Positions 23,685 to 34,076 of a DNA stretch of 48,941 nt are shown one piece after another. Origin of the DNA: a virus (lineage: Duplodnaviria > Heunggongvirae > Uroviricota > Caudoviricetes). Made by a program: the position numbers and the translations under genes. The stretch lies in the IMG/VR virus record IMGVR_UViG_2802429253_000004; one strand, given 5' to 3'. Within the stretch, counting starts at the first letter, position 1. Each line of letters opens with the position of its first letter. Below the pieces are notes generated by a model, which searched no databases, was not told the origin of the DNA, and saw only the letters and a list, made by a program, of their open reading frames with translations.

Positions 23685-25057
23685 TGCTTCACCTGAATTA
23701 CGACATAACGCACCTACGCGGCGCGGAATATAACCCGCGTTTTATCGGTGAGGATGATCTTGCGAGGCTGGCTGAAAGCGTCAGGGAGCTGGGGCTTGTG
23801 AAGCCATTGATAGTGCGCGGCGATTTGCTGGTGGCGGGACACCAAAGGACGAAGGCGCTACGTAAGTTGGGAATAACGCGTGCTGCGGTGTATGTGTTGC
23901 CCTGTGAAACGACGGTATACGACGAAGTTCGGTTTAACCAACTGCATAACGGAACGGATTTTGATAGCGGAGATGAGCGTTGCAGGGTGTCCGGTCTGGA
24001 AGATAAGCATGGTTTTGTTCAGGTATCGGCAAGCCAGATCTCAGGCAATATGCGCGCGAAAATGGCATATGTTCGAAAGAACATAGCGGAACTGGTTATC
24101 AAGTATGGTCCGTGGGGTGGTTGTGTTGCTACTCAGTCTGGCGAGGTTATTCACTGTGCTCAGTATGCATTAGCAGCGAAGATGACGCGCACACCGCTAA
24201 CGGTGTTTGTGATCCCTGATGTTGAGAAGGAAAAATACCAAAGTTATCTGAATAAAACTTATGGTGTATTTGAGTATTCTCATCTGGAGAAAACAACATA
24301 CATCCAGACGTATGCGCAGCTTATGCGGTTGCGTAATGGTGGCAGCCTGAAATCAAACCTGTATGAGTCGTTGATCCTCCCGATCATTGCCAAGACGCCA
24401 AGAGGAATTGATTTTGGTTCGGGGCAGGGAGACTACGCGCGAATGCTCAGGGCAAAGGGGTATAACCTGCATGATCTTGAGCTTTTCCGCCGTAAGGGCG
24501 CAGGAAACACTCTGGATAGGGCTGCAACAAACCGAATGATTGATACGCTGGTGGACGACTTAAAAACGCGAGGGCGTTACGACTACGTGATTTGCGATAG
24601 CGTTTTGAACTCGGTCGATAGTGTCGAGGCTGAATGGTCCGTTCTGACGGTTCTGAAAGGCCTGTGTAAAGCTGGTGGGTCAATATTCTTTTCTGGCCGT
24701 AGCCGTGGAGAGCTGGAGAGTGTGCTTAAACGAACGCAAGCTGCTAGCTCTATAAGTCGGCTTTATTTTATTGACCATAACGGTTTTTCTGCTTTGTACC
24801 GGAAGGGACACTGGTTTTATCAGAAGTTTCATTCTGATGAGGAAGTGAAGCAATTGTGCCGTGAGCATAGCTTCAGAATAAAGCGGTCGGTATTTAACGG
24901 TAAGAGCTGGTATTTGCACGTTATTAACGATGATTCTCTTCGCTGGGAGAGTCTGGAGAAAGCTGTTCGTTTTGAGTTTGAGTTGCCGTTGCCTGGTGGT
25001 TCAACAATCGGACGATCTGATGATGTGTTGGCGGCTTTCCGGCCGTTGATTAAGTAG
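23684..25057 (+). CDS. ParB-N domain fused to a class I SAM-dependent methyltransferase domain
   Basis: N-terminal ParB-like segment (LVAGHQRTKALRKLGI), C-terminal methyltransferase motif I IDFGSGQGDY and post-I acidic motif YVICDSVL; start placed at the ATG at 23684 (ORF open from 23678). Confidence 0.65.
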   Translation: MLHLNYDITHLRGAEYNPRFIGEDDLARLAESVRELGLVKPLIVRGDLLVAGHQRTKALRKLGITRAAVYVLPCETTVYDEVRFNQLHNGTDFDSGDERCRVSGLEDKHGFVQVSASQISGNMRAKMAYVRKNIAELVIKYGPWGGCVATQSGEVIHCAQYALAAKMTRTPLTVFVIPDVEKEKYQSYLNKTYGVFEYSHLEKTTYIQTYAQLMRLRNGGSLKSNLYESLILPIIAKTPRGIDFGSGQGDYARMLRAKGYNLHDLELFRRKGAGNTLDRAATNRMIDTLVDDLKTRGRYDYVICDSVLNSVDSVEAEWSVLTVLKGLCKAGGSIFFSGRSRGELESVLKRTQAASSISRLYFIDHNGFSALYRKGHWFYQKFHSDEEVKQLCREHSFRIKRSVFNGKSWYLHVINDDSLRWESLEKAVRFEFELPLPGGSTIGRSDDVLAAFRPLIK

Positions 25058-25073
25058 TGTGTAGGAGGCGCTG

Positions 25074-25793
25074 GTGGCTGACAGAATTGAGATAAAGATG
25101 GATTTTTCTTCTCAGGATATTCAACGACAACTCCAGCGCCTTGAAGAACGCGAATTGCCATTCGCAATGGCGCTTGCGGCAACCAGAACGGCAAAGGCTT
25201 CTCAGGCTGCGATTAAGAATGAAATTAATCGGGTATTTGACAGGCCCACGCCGTGGATTCAGAACTCTACTTACGTTTTGGCCGCAAAGAAGAGTGATCC
25301 TACAGCCATTGTGTATGCTCGTGAATGGGGAGGAACGCCAGCCCCTGTAACGTTGACTCCGCAAATCGAAGGTGGCCAACGACAGTACAAACGCTCAGAA
25401 GGGGCGCTAAGGGCTGGTGGATATTTGCCTAACGGCTGGCAGCTTGCTCCTGGTCCCGGCGCAAAGCTGGACAAATACGGGAATATTTCGCGGGGGCAAT
25501 TACAGCAGGTCTTATCTGGCCTAAGAGTTCAGCGAGATGCGCATCAAAATCGCCGTCAGGGCAAGCCTACGGAGTTTTTTGTTGTTCGACCTGGTACAAG
25601 TAACCCGCTTCAACCAGGCGTCTGGCAGCGCGTTGGGCGGCGTCCTACGTTGATCCTTACGTTTATCCAGCAACCTAACTATTCGCAGCGTCTTGATTGG
25701 CATGGCGTGGCGCTACGTGCTGGTGAGGATGCGTTTGCTGATGAAGTCACAAAGGCTATTGATGACATTCTTTCTAAGACGTTCTCTCGTTAA
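25074..25793 (+). CDS. Hypothetical phage protein
   Basis: 239-aa ORF; no motif recognised. Confidence 0.5.
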   Translation: MADRIEIKMDFSSQDIQRQLQRLEERELPFAMALAATRTAKASQAAIKNEINRVFDRPTPWIQNSTYVLAAKKSDPTAIVYAREWGGTPAPVTLTPQIEGGQRQYKRSEGALRAGGYLPNGWQLAPGPGAKLDKYGNISRGQLQQVLSGLRVQRDAHQNRRQGKPTEFFVVRPGTSNPLQPGVWQRVGRRPTLILTFIQQPNYSQRLDWHGVALRAGEDAFADEVTKAIDDILSKTFSR

Positions 25794-26350
25794 TCATCGT
25801 GTGGTTGATGGTGTTGTTATGCAGGGTGTATTCACTGTGTGCTGTAGCGTCGCTCGCTGGCTGTCTGTGGGTGAGCACGAGCATCGTTTCATCGTCCGGC
25901 AGAATTGGGTCCTTCTGGCCAAAAGCGTTGGATGCGGGTCATTCGAACCCCGATGTTCGGCTAGCTAAACGTGAAAAAAGTTAGGTTAAAAGTTGCGGTA
26001 AAAGAAATTTACTCATCTCATTGAAAAATATTGGGAAAACGTGATTTTTTGCTGTGCTTGCGATGGTAAAAAGAAAGTAGAAAATTTTCTTTTAGATCAT
26101 CAAGATACGCGCAGATCTTTAACTAATGTAAGGCTGTTTTGATAAAAATCGTTATAAATCATGCAAATACATCCAATCTTTTAACCAAAACACCATATCA
26201 AGATCCTTTTTACTTATAAAAACTTAATAAAATCAGATGATTATGCTGGTTTGTGTGATTTTTTATGAGTAAAAAGATCGTCATTTTTCTCTTTTAGTAT
26301 CAATAAGTTAAACAGTTTTCTTTAACCTGTTGTGTTATGGCGGTTAAAAA

Positions 26351-26941
26351 ATGGCTCTAAAAATCGAATATTTACCAGTCGGTAAGCTGCTCAGATACGC
26401 CAAAAATTCACGGACTCATTCAGATGAGCAAGTTGAACAGTTGGTGAACAGTATCCGTGAGTTCGGTTTCACTAATCCTGTGCTGATCGATGAAAAGAAT
26501 GAACTGATTGCGGGGCATGGGCGGCTTGCAGCAGCCGAAATTCTGGAAATGGATAAAGTTCCAGCGATTCGGTTGAGTAACCTTTCTGAAAAACAGAAGA
26601 AGGCTTACAGGATTGCAGATAACAAGCTGGCCTTAAATGCTGGCTGGGATATGCAGCTTCTGGCCGAAGAAGTCAAAGCGTTAATGGATGATGATTTTGA
26701 TATTGATCTGCTTGGGTTTAATGATGCAGAGCTTGACGAAATGTTAAGCGATGAACAGCCGCAGGAAGAAGACGATAATTCTTCCCCTGTTGTTCAAATT
26801 AAGTACCTGGCTATTGATAAAGAACGTATTCCCGCGACGGATATGGAAATTGCATTGTTGCTGGATGTTTATCGTCAGTACCACGACGCGCATGAAACTC
26901 ATGAGGGATTTGTTCAGTATCTTGCTAATGGTTGCAAGTAA
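26351..26941 (+). CDS. ParB N-terminal domain protein immediately upstream of the terminase genes
   Basis: Paralog of 23061..23684 (LIAGHGRLAAAEILEMDKVPAIRL); acidic C-terminal half. Confidence 0.7.
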   Translation: MALKIEYLPVGKLLRYAKNSRTHSDEQVEQLVNSIREFGFTNPVLIDEKNELIAGHGRLAAAEILEMDKVPAIRLSNLSEKQKKAYRIADNKLALNAGWDMQLLAEEVKALMDDDFDIDLLGFNDAELDEMLSDEQPQEEDDNSSPVVQIKYLAIDKERIPATDMEIALLLDVYRQYHDAHETHEGFVQYLANGCK

Positions 26942-27492
26942 TGGCCATCGTCAGTAAGTCAGAGTTTGCCCGCCGGAAAGGTATTTCTCCGGCAATGGTT
27001 ACGAAGCTCTGTCGTTCCGGTCGCATTCCAGTGCTGAAAAGCGGCAAGCTGGATTTTGATAAAGCTAGTGCGGCTTATGAAGCGAGCCGACAGGTTGGTC
27101 GTGAGGTATCTGCTGAAAATGGAAAAAGAGGGCATGGGATATCTTCGGAACAACCAGAGTTACCCGCTGATGATGCCGGATTAGCTGGTGGTACTTCCGG
27201 TGTTGCGGTGCAATTCAACAAGGCTAAGACCGCAGAAAAAATTTATCAGGCAAAGCTGAAACGCCTTGAATTTGAAGAAAAGGAAGGCTCTCTCATCGCT
27301 AAAGATGCGGTCAGGGATGATGCATTTCTGGCAGCTAATGAATTGCGTAGCCGCTTATTTAGTATTGCTCCAAGAGCAGCTCCCCGTTGTGAAGGCAAAA
27401 CAGCCAGGGAGATCGAACGCATTATTGAAGACGAGATTAATTTTGCGCTTCAGGCGCTCCAGGAATCCCGATTTATTAAGCAGGAAGAATAA
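26932..27492 (+). CDS. Terminase small subunit
   Basis: N-terminal HTH (KSEFARRKGISPAMVTKLCRSG), located directly upstream of the large terminase. Confidence 0.7.
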   Translation: MQVMAIVSKSEFARRKGISPAMVTKLCRSGRIPVLKSGKLDFDKASAAYEASRQVGREVSAENGKRGHGISSEQPELPADDAGLAGGTSGVAVQFNKAKTAEKIYQAKLKRLEFEEKEGSLIAKDAVRDDAFLAANELRSRLFSIAPRAAPRCEGKTAREIERIIEDEINFALQALQESRFIKQEE

Positions 27493-27497
27493 ACCTC

Positions 27498-29354
27498 ATG
27501 GGCGAAACAGTATGGAGCACCGCTTTTTTCCGTGCGCTTCGCCCTAAATCACGGCTAACTGTTTCCGAATGGGCTGATAAGTATCGTCATGTAGCGCCGG
27601 GAACGTCTCCAGAGCCAGGGCCGTGGCGTACAAGCCGAGTGCCATATTTGCGTGAACCAATGGATGTTATTGGTGACGCTGATACAGAAACAGTAGTGAT
27701 GCAATGTAGCTCGCAAATTGGTAAATCCGAATTACAGCTAAATGTTATGGGTTACTTTGCAGATCAGGAGCCATCTCCTCAGTTGATGATTTATCCAACG
27801 GTAGAGGCGGCTGAGGCTTTTTCAAAAGAGCGTATTGATCCGACGTTCAAATATTCCCCTGGTTTGAAACACAAGCTGCATGAAGGGAAAGAGGGGCGCG
27901 GTGCAGCCAAAAAGTCCAGCACGACTATACGTATGAAGCATTACGCTGGTGGATATATAGCACTTGTTGGTGCTAATTCCCCAGCAGGTCTTGCATCCAG
28001 GCCAATTCGAATATTGTTAGCTGATGAGATTGATCGTTACGGTGTGACGCAGGAGGGCGACCCACTAAAACTAGGTATTCAGCGTACTACCAACTTTCAT
28101 AATCGTAAGAAAGTTTTTGTTTCTACTCCTGTTTTGGAGGAAACGAGCAAAATCCACAAGTGGTTTAAGCTCTCCGATCAGCGTTACTACCATGTTCCTT
28201 GCCCATGTTGTGGCACCATGCAGGTGATGAAATGGTCGCAAGTCAGATGGGATAAGAGCGATTCAGGTGAGGCGTTACCGGAAACGGCCAGATATGAGTG
28301 CTGTGAGTGCGGCGGGATTATGCGCGGATCTGGTAAACCAGACGTTGATTGGTTGGCGAAGGGGGTATGGATAGCTGAACATACTGGAGTTAAAGGTATT
28401 GTTGGTTTTCATATTAACAGTCTTTACTCCCCGTGGGTTGCATTGTCAGAGCTGGTTGAAGAATTTACGGAAGCAACCAGAAACCGCGATAAAAATGGAT
28501 TAATGGAGTTTATTAACCTTAAGCTGGGTGAGCCATGGAAAGAGGATGCTAAAGACGATATCGATCCTGAATACTTGTTGCAACGCAGAATAAGGTTTGA
28601 AGAGTTTTTACCAGATGATGTTTTATTGTTAAGTGCTGGTGTTGACGTACAGGACACGTATTTAGTTTGTGAATTGGTCGGTTGGGGAAAAGGTAAGGAG
28701 TCATGGGGGATAGAATATAAAATATTCCCAGGTGATCCCGCACAAGATGTTGTCTGGAAACAACTTGATGAATACTTACTCCGTAGCTGGTCATTCCGTG
28801 ACGGTCGAAAATTACAGATTTCTTCCGTTTGTATTGACTCTGGTGGGCATTTTACGACAGAGGTATATCGCTTTACTAAGCCGAGAGAATCAAGGCGAAT
28901 ATACTCTATCAGGGGGCGTGGTGGGGTAGGTTTACCATTTATAGGAAAGCCAAGTAATAATAACCGTGTGGGTGCTATGTTGTTTAATTTGGGGGTTGAT
29001 GATGGTAAAGGGACCATCATGGCAAGAATTAAACTACATGATCCTGGTCCTGGTTATATGCATTTCCCATTAGATTCTGACAGAGGATATGATACCGAAT
29101 ACTTTAAAGGATTATTATCAGAGAAAAAAATATTTGAATATAAAAATGGGCAGACAAAAGAAAAGTGGGTGAAAGTCTACGAGCGTAACGAGCCTCTTGA
29201 TTGCCGTAACTATGCAACTGCCGCGATGGAAATTCTGAACCCTAATTTTAACTGGCTTGCCGAACAGGAAATGCGAGGTAATGTGTATGTGCAGAACTCG
29301 TCAGGTATACGTAGAAGACGCCGTAGAGTTATAAGTAAAGGCGTAACCATATAG
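27498..29354 (+). CDS. Terminase large subunit, lambda gpA-like
   Basis: 618 aa; N-terminal region resembles lambda gpA (WADKYRHVAPGTSPEPGPWRTSRVPYLREPMD). Confidence 0.85.
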   Translation: MGETVWSTAFFRALRPKSRLTVSEWADKYRHVAPGTSPEPGPWRTSRVPYLREPMDVIGDADTETVVMQCSSQIGKSELQLNVMGYFADQEPSPQLMIYPTVEAAEAFSKERIDPTFKYSPGLKHKLHEGKEGRGAAKKSSTTIRMKHYAGGYIALVGANSPAGLASRPIRILLADEIDRYGVTQEGDPLKLGIQRTTNFHNRKKVFVSTPVLEETSKIHKWFKLSDQRYYHVPCPCCGTMQVMKWSQVRWDKSDSGEALPETARYECCECGGIMRGSGKPDVDWLAKGVWIAEHTGVKGIVGFHINSLYSPWVALSELVEEFTEATRNRDKNGLMEFINLKLGEPWKEDAKDDIDPEYLLQRRIRFEEFLPDDVLLLSAGVDVQDTYLVCELVGWGKGKESWGIEYKIFPGDPAQDVVWKQLDEYLLRSWSFRDGRKLQISSVCIDSGGHFTTEVYRFTKPRESRRIYSIRGRGGVGLPFIGKPSNNNRVGAMLFNLGVDDGKGTIMARIKLHDPGPGYMHFPLDSDRGYDTEYFKGLLSEKKIFEYKNGQTKEKWVKVYERNEPLDCRNYATAAMEILNPNFNWLAEQEMRGNVYVQNSSGIRRRRRRVISKGVTI

Positions 29355-29365
29355 AGGAAATATAA

Positions 29366-29605
29366 ATGAACAATGAAGCATTTTCTCTGACTGAAGCCAG
29401 AGAGATGTTATCTGTCTGGCGGGAAGCATATCGCGCTATTGCTATTGGCGGTCAGTCATATAAATTTGGTACGCGGCAGTTAACTCGTGCGGATTTATCA
29501 GAAGTCAGAAAAGAGATGGATTACTGGCGTAATGAAGTAGAAAGATTATCAGCAGGTATACGCCGAGGCCCACGAATTAAACGAGTGGTGATAAGAGATT
29601 TATGA
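29366..29605 (+). CDS. Head-tail joining protein, lambda gpW-like
   Basis: 79-aa gene between terminase and portal, the gpW position. Confidence 0.6.
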   Translation: MNNEAFSLTEAREMLSVWREAYRAIAIGGQSYKFGTRQLTRADLSEVRKEMDYWRNEVERLSAGIRRGPRIKRVVIRDL

Positions 29606-31176
29606 ATATTCTTGATCGAGTTATTGCGCCGTTTTCACCTCAGAGGGCATTAAATCGAGCTTTGGCAAGAAAACGGTTAGAAGCACTTGAAGGTATTAAT
29701 AACCTTGGATATTCACGTCATGGTGCAAGCACTCATAAAAAATCATTAAGGGGTTGGTTTAGTAAAGCTGGTTCTCCTGATGATGATATTGTTAAAAATA
29801 TAGATAAATTGCGTGAGCGTTCTCGTGATCTCTTCATGGGAAACCCGCTATCGGTTGGCGCAATAAAAACTATCAGGACAAACGTTGTTGGTTCCGGTTT
29901 AAAACTAAATGCGAACATTGATGCCGATTTCTTGGGGATGACGCAGGAAGAAGCGCGAGCATGGGAAAAGCATGTTGAGCGTGAGTTTAGATTATGGGCT
30001 GATTCTCCAAATTGTGATGCATCAAGAATGTGTACTTTTGGACAATTGCAATCATTGGTCCAAATATCTGCGTTAACATCTGGCGATATATTTGCTGCGC
30101 TACCAGTTATTAAGCGTAAGGGTGTTATATATGATTTGTGCGTCTATTTAATTGAAGGTGATCGTGTTTGCAATCCAGAGGATCGTTTTATACCAAATCT
30201 TTACGGTGGCGTAGAGGTTGGTGAATTTAGCGAGCCTGTGGCGTACTGGGTTGCAAAACATCACCCAGCCGGGACTTCTGGTTTTGTAACCCGCAAGTGG
30301 GAACGTATTCCCGCATATGGGAGTAAAACAGGAAGAAGAAATATTCTGCATGTCATGCAGGATTTTGAAAGGCCTGGGCAACGCCGTGGCGTTCCTGTCC
30401 TTGCTCCTGTTATTGAAGCATTGAAGCAGTTAGGACGATACACCGATGCTGAATTGGTTGCTGCGGTTGTGTCAGGGATGTTTACTGTCTTTATTAAAAC
30501 AGACGCTCCTGATGGACCAGTCGGTGAATCGGGTATCCCTCAGTACGAGCAGATCGATAACCATGATGATAACACCCAAGAAATGGGGAATGGCTCCATA
30601 GTAAGTTTGGGTGAAGGTGAGTCGATAGATACAGCAAATCCCGGGCGACCAAATACGGCATTTGATGGTTTTGTTGTCGCCATATGCCGTCAAATTGGGG
30701 CTGCTTTAGAACTCCCTTACGAACTCTTGGTAAAGCATTTTACAGCAAGTTATAGCGCAAGCAGGGCCGCATTACTTGAAGCCTGGAAAATGTTCCGTAT
30801 GCGACGTGACTGGATGGTTCAGTCATTTTGCCAACCGATCTATGAGGAATGGTTGGCCGAAGCCGTTGCTAAAGGTCGTGTTATTGCCCCTGGTTTTTTT
30901 TATGGGCCTGAATATCGCGCTGCATGGAGTGGCGCTCAATGGTATGGCCCATCACAAGGCCAATTAGATCCCCTTAAAGAAGTCAAAGCTGCAAAACTGC
31001 GTGTTGAGGAAACATTCTCTACCCGTGAAAAGGAAGCGGCTGAAATGTCAGGTCTTAACTGGGAAGAAACCGCACAAATTTGTGGCAGAGAAGAGAATGC
31101 TCGCCGTGAGTTGGGGCTGATTACGCCTCCTGTTTCTGAGGTAAATGAACAAAATATGGAGACAGATGATGCCTAA
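29602..31176 (+). CDS. Portal protein, lambda gpB-like
   Basis: 524 aa, after terminase and gpW-like gene. Confidence 0.8.
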   Translation: MNILDRVIAPFSPQRALNRALARKRLEALEGINNLGYSRHGASTHKKSLRGWFSKAGSPDDDIVKNIDKLRERSRDLFMGNPLSVGAIKTIRTNVVGSGLKLNANIDADFLGMTQEEARAWEKHVEREFRLWADSPNCDASRMCTFGQLQSLVQISALTSGDIFAALPVIKRKGVIYDLCVYLIEGDRVCNPEDRFIPNLYGGVEVGEFSEPVAYWVAKHHPAGTSGFVTRKWERIPAYGSKTGRRNILHVMQDFERPGQRRGVPVLAPVIEALKQLGRYTDAELVAAVVSGMFTVFIKTDAPDGPVGESGIPQYEQIDNHDDNTQEMGNGSIVSLGEGESIDTANPGRPNTAFDGFVVAICRQIGAALELPYELLVKHFTASYSASRAALLEAWKMFRMRRDWMVQSFCQPIYEEWLAEAVAKGRVIAPGFFYGPEYRAAWSGAQWYGPSQGQLDPLKEVKAAKLRVEETFSTREKEAAEMSGLNWEETAQICGREENARRELGLITPPVSEVNEQNMETDDA

Positions 31177-32233
31177 TTGGTGGGAAATAAAAAATAGCAC
31201 GGGTGAAGATGACTCTCCGGCTGAACTTTTAATCTACGGATATATTGGCGAATTTGATGAGGTTTCTTCTTCTGACATAGTTAATAAATTAAAGGATATA
31301 TCATCAAATGCTATCAACGTAAAAATTAATAGTTATGGTGGTTCTGTTTTTACTGCTCAAGCTATTCTTTCTTCATTAAAACGTCATAAGGCTAATATTA
31401 CTGTTTATATTGATGGTATTGCTGCATCGGCTGCAACCATTATTGCAATGGCAGGTGATAAAGTTGTTATCCCATCTAATGCTATGATGATGATCCATAA
31501 TCCGTGGACATTTGCTGCTGGTGATGCGGATGAACTACGTGATATTGCTGAGATGATGGATAAGATACGAGATAGTATTTTATCTGCATATAAGGAGAAA
31601 ACAGGGCTTTCTGAGGATAAATTAATTGAACTAATGGATCAGGAAACATGGCTAAATGCAGAAGAGGCTGTAGAGCTTGGATTTGCTGACGAAGTTGAAA
31701 AACCAATGCGCTTATCCGCTTCTATAAAGGAAGGGATGCTTTCGCTCAATGGAATAACTTTTGAAGCATCAAGGTTTTCAAAATTACCTGATTCGCTCGC
31801 AAAGCTGCCGCAAAATAAAAATGAATTATCTACTGAATCAAATGAACAAAATGAGGACGATGTTGTGACTCTTGATGAATTAAAAAATAAACATCCAGAA
31901 TTATACAATCAGGTTTTTAATGCTGGTAAAGACGATGGCGTTAAATCAGAACGCGAGCGCATTGAAACAATCGAGAATAGCGTAATTCCAGGTCATGACG
32001 ACCTGGTTAAGAATGCAAAATTCAAAACGGGAATTTCTGCGGCTGAACTTGCTTTGGAAATTATGAATGCAGAGCGAGCGCGTAACAAAAACTTTCTTAA
32101 TCAACGGCAAGAAGACGCAAATGAGGTGAATGATTCAGTTGATGTTAATCAACCAGAAAACAACGGCGATAAACAAGCTGAAGTAGTAAAAAATGTTATT
32201 GGGTCAGTATTTAAAAACCGCGATAAAAATTAA
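31145..32233 (+). CDS. Head maturation protease (ClpP/S49-like) with C-terminal scaffold-like region
   Basis: ClpP-like core (SYGGSVFTAQAI..IAASAATIIAMAGDK), acidic/helical C-terminus; start uncertain. Confidence 0.75.
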   Translation: MNKIWRQMMPNWWEIKNSTGEDDSPAELLIYGYIGEFDEVSSSDIVNKLKDISSNAINVKINSYGGSVFTAQAILSSLKRHKANITVYIDGIAASAATIIAMAGDKVVIPSNAMMMIHNPWTFAAGDADELRDIAEMMDKIRDSILSAYKEKTGLSEDKLIELMDQETWLNAEEAVELGFADEVEKPMRLSASIKEGMLSLNGITFEASRFSKLPDSLAKLPQNKNELSTESNEQNEDDVVTLDELKNKHPELYNQVFNAGKDDGVKSERERIETIENSVIPGHDDLVKNAKFKTGISAAELALEIMNAERARNKNFLNQRQEDANEVNDSVDVNQPENNGDKQAEVVKNVIGSVFKNRDKN

Positions 32234-32242
32234 GGTGGGTTT

Positions 32243-32626
32243 ATGCGAGAGTCTTTTTCATTTGAACCAGATAATCTGATTATTTCTGGTGGTATGCCAG
32301 CAATTACAACAAGTATTAAACTTGCCAGCGGTAAAGTAAATCGAGGTGAGTTGCTTGCTTTTGTCAGTATTGATCAGACAACAAATGTTGTCACTGTGGC
32401 ACCAATAAATCTCTCTGGTGAGGGGGTGGCAAAAGAACCGTATTGTATCGCTCAACATAGTATTGATGCGACTGATTCAGCGCAAGTTGGAACAGCATGG
32501 CTGACCGGAATGTTCAATGCACATGCGGTTATCCTTCCTGAATCAGCAAAAGTTGCCGATGTATATCTGGCTTGCCGGAAGGTTGGAATATTCCTTAATA
32601 CCGCACAACAAAATCCATATGCATAA
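32243..32626 (+). CDS. Head decoration/minor capsid protein (positional call)
   Basis: 127-aa gene between protease and major capsid, as D in lambda. Confidence 0.45.
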   Translation: MRESFSFEPDNLIISGGMPAITTSIKLASGKVNRGELLAFVSIDQTTNVVTVAPINLSGEGVAKEPYCIAQHSIDATDSAQVGTAWLTGMFNAHAVILPESAKVADVYLACRKVGIFLNTAQQNPYA

Positions 32627-32645
32627 TATAAAGAGGTAATATTTT

Positions 32646-33683
32646 ATGGTTGATATTTTTGAGCGACGTACAATGCTTGAGCCTGTTATTCAGAATTTCA
32701 AGGCTCGTCGTTTTCTTCTTCGTACCTTTTTTCCTGGTGTTCAGACCTTTAATACAAAGAAAGTTGATCTGGATTTTGTTCGCGGTGGTCGTACTATGGC
32801 TCCGTTTGTTGGTAAACGTTTTGGCTCAAAAACCGTTGAGCGACGCGGCTTTGTAACGAGAACTCTGGAGCCACCACTTGTTGCACCTGATTTGGTAACA
32901 ACAGCAGAGCAGCTTTTAAACAGGCTTCCGGGTGAGAATATTTACAACGCAAAATCGCCAGCAGAACGAGCCGCCGAGCAATTAGGTAAAGATTTGCTTG
33001 AGCTTGATGAAATGGTTAACCGCCGTGAAGAATGGATGTGTGCACAGGTCTTGTTTACGGGACAGGTTGATATTGTTGGTGAAGGAGTAGATGACACAGT
33101 TTATTTTTGGCCTGAAGAGGAAGGTGATAAACCATACCTTGAACTGACAGGTGATGATTTATGGAGTGCCGCAAAATCAGATCCGTTGGTCAATATCCGC
33201 AACTGGAAGCGCCGGGTATCACTAACATCAGGTTTTACACCTCGTACTGCTGTAATGGGTGCAAAAGTTGTTGATGCATTCGTTAAAAATGAAGCAGTAA
33301 CTAAATATCTTGATAATCGTCGAAAAGAGTTTGGGTATATTAAGCCAGAGGACTTAGAAGAAGGAGTTACTCATTATGGTAATATTGAGGGGCTCGATTT
33401 TTATGGTTACGACGAACTTATTCTTAGTGATAAAACAGGAAAACCAGAACCATTAGTGCCGGAGGATAAGATTCTCCTTGGCTCTCCGGGGCGGGGAACT
33501 ATGTTGTATGGTGCTGTAGAGCTTGTAGATGAAGCTGAAAAGACTCTGACGATTGTTGAGTCACCACGAGTTCCAGATACTTGGGTATCTCGTAAGCCGG
33601 GAGGTCGTTATGTTGCCATGAAGTCGTCTCCACTGCCTAATCCTGGCGTGGCTGACGCCTATCTGGTGGCTAAGGTGGTTTAA
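32646..33683 (+). CDS. Major capsid protein, lambda gpE-like
   Basis: 345 aa; N-terminal pattern matches the lambda E family. Confidence 0.8.
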   Translation: MVDIFERRTMLEPVIQNFKARRFLLRTFFPGVQTFNTKKVDLDFVRGGRTMAPFVGKRFGSKTVERRGFVTRTLEPPLVAPDLVTTAEQLLNRLPGENIYNAKSPAERAAEQLGKDLLELDEMVNRREEWMCAQVLFTGQVDIVGEGVDDTVYFWPEEEGDKPYLELTGDDLWSAAKSDPLVNIRNWKRRVSLTSGFTPRTAVMGAKVVDAFVKNEAVTKYLDNRRKEFGYIKPEDLEEGVTHYGNIEGLDFYGYDELILSDKTGKPEPLVPEDKILLGSPGRGTMLYGAVELVDEAEKTLTIVESPRVPDTWVSRKPGGRYVAMKSSPLPNPGVADAYLVAKVV

Positions 33684-34076
33684 ATGGCCAGACTGGTTAA
33701 AAACATCGATACGATAAGCCACGGCTCGCTAAAAGCGGGCCGTTTGCTTAATGGGCTAATGGATAACTCCAGAATTGCCGAACTGATTGCGTCAGGACAT
33801 GCTATTGCCACCGAAGAGGATGGTGATTTGGCATCGGCTGGGGGCTATGGTGCTGCTAAGTTAGCTTTTGAGCACGGATACGCATCTGCTGTTAATGATG
33901 CTGTGGACGCGGGGTTGATTACGCGAACGGAGGCGGGTAGCTGTGTATTCGAGGTTGAGTTTGAGGATGATGGCGGCAATGAGGAAATGGTTGCTGATGA
34001 TTCATCTGAATCTGTAGCTACTTCTGATACCAGTAATGCGAAAAAATCAACGCAAAAAAAAGGTAATAAGAAGTAA
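33684..34076 (+). CDS. Head-associated protein with acidic C-terminus (positional)
   Basis: 130 aa directly after the capsid gene. Confidence 0.45.
   Translation: MARLVKNIDTISHGSLKAGRLLNGLMDNSRIAELIASGHAIATEEDGDLASAGGYGAAKLAFEHGYASAVNDAVDAGLITRTEAGSCVFEVEFEDDGGNEEMVADDSSESVATSDTSNAKKSTQKKGNKK

Noticed and set aside
28424-29020. 198-aa minus-strand ORF inside the large terminase gene
   Set aside because: Antisense to a well-supported, highly conserved gene; spurious.
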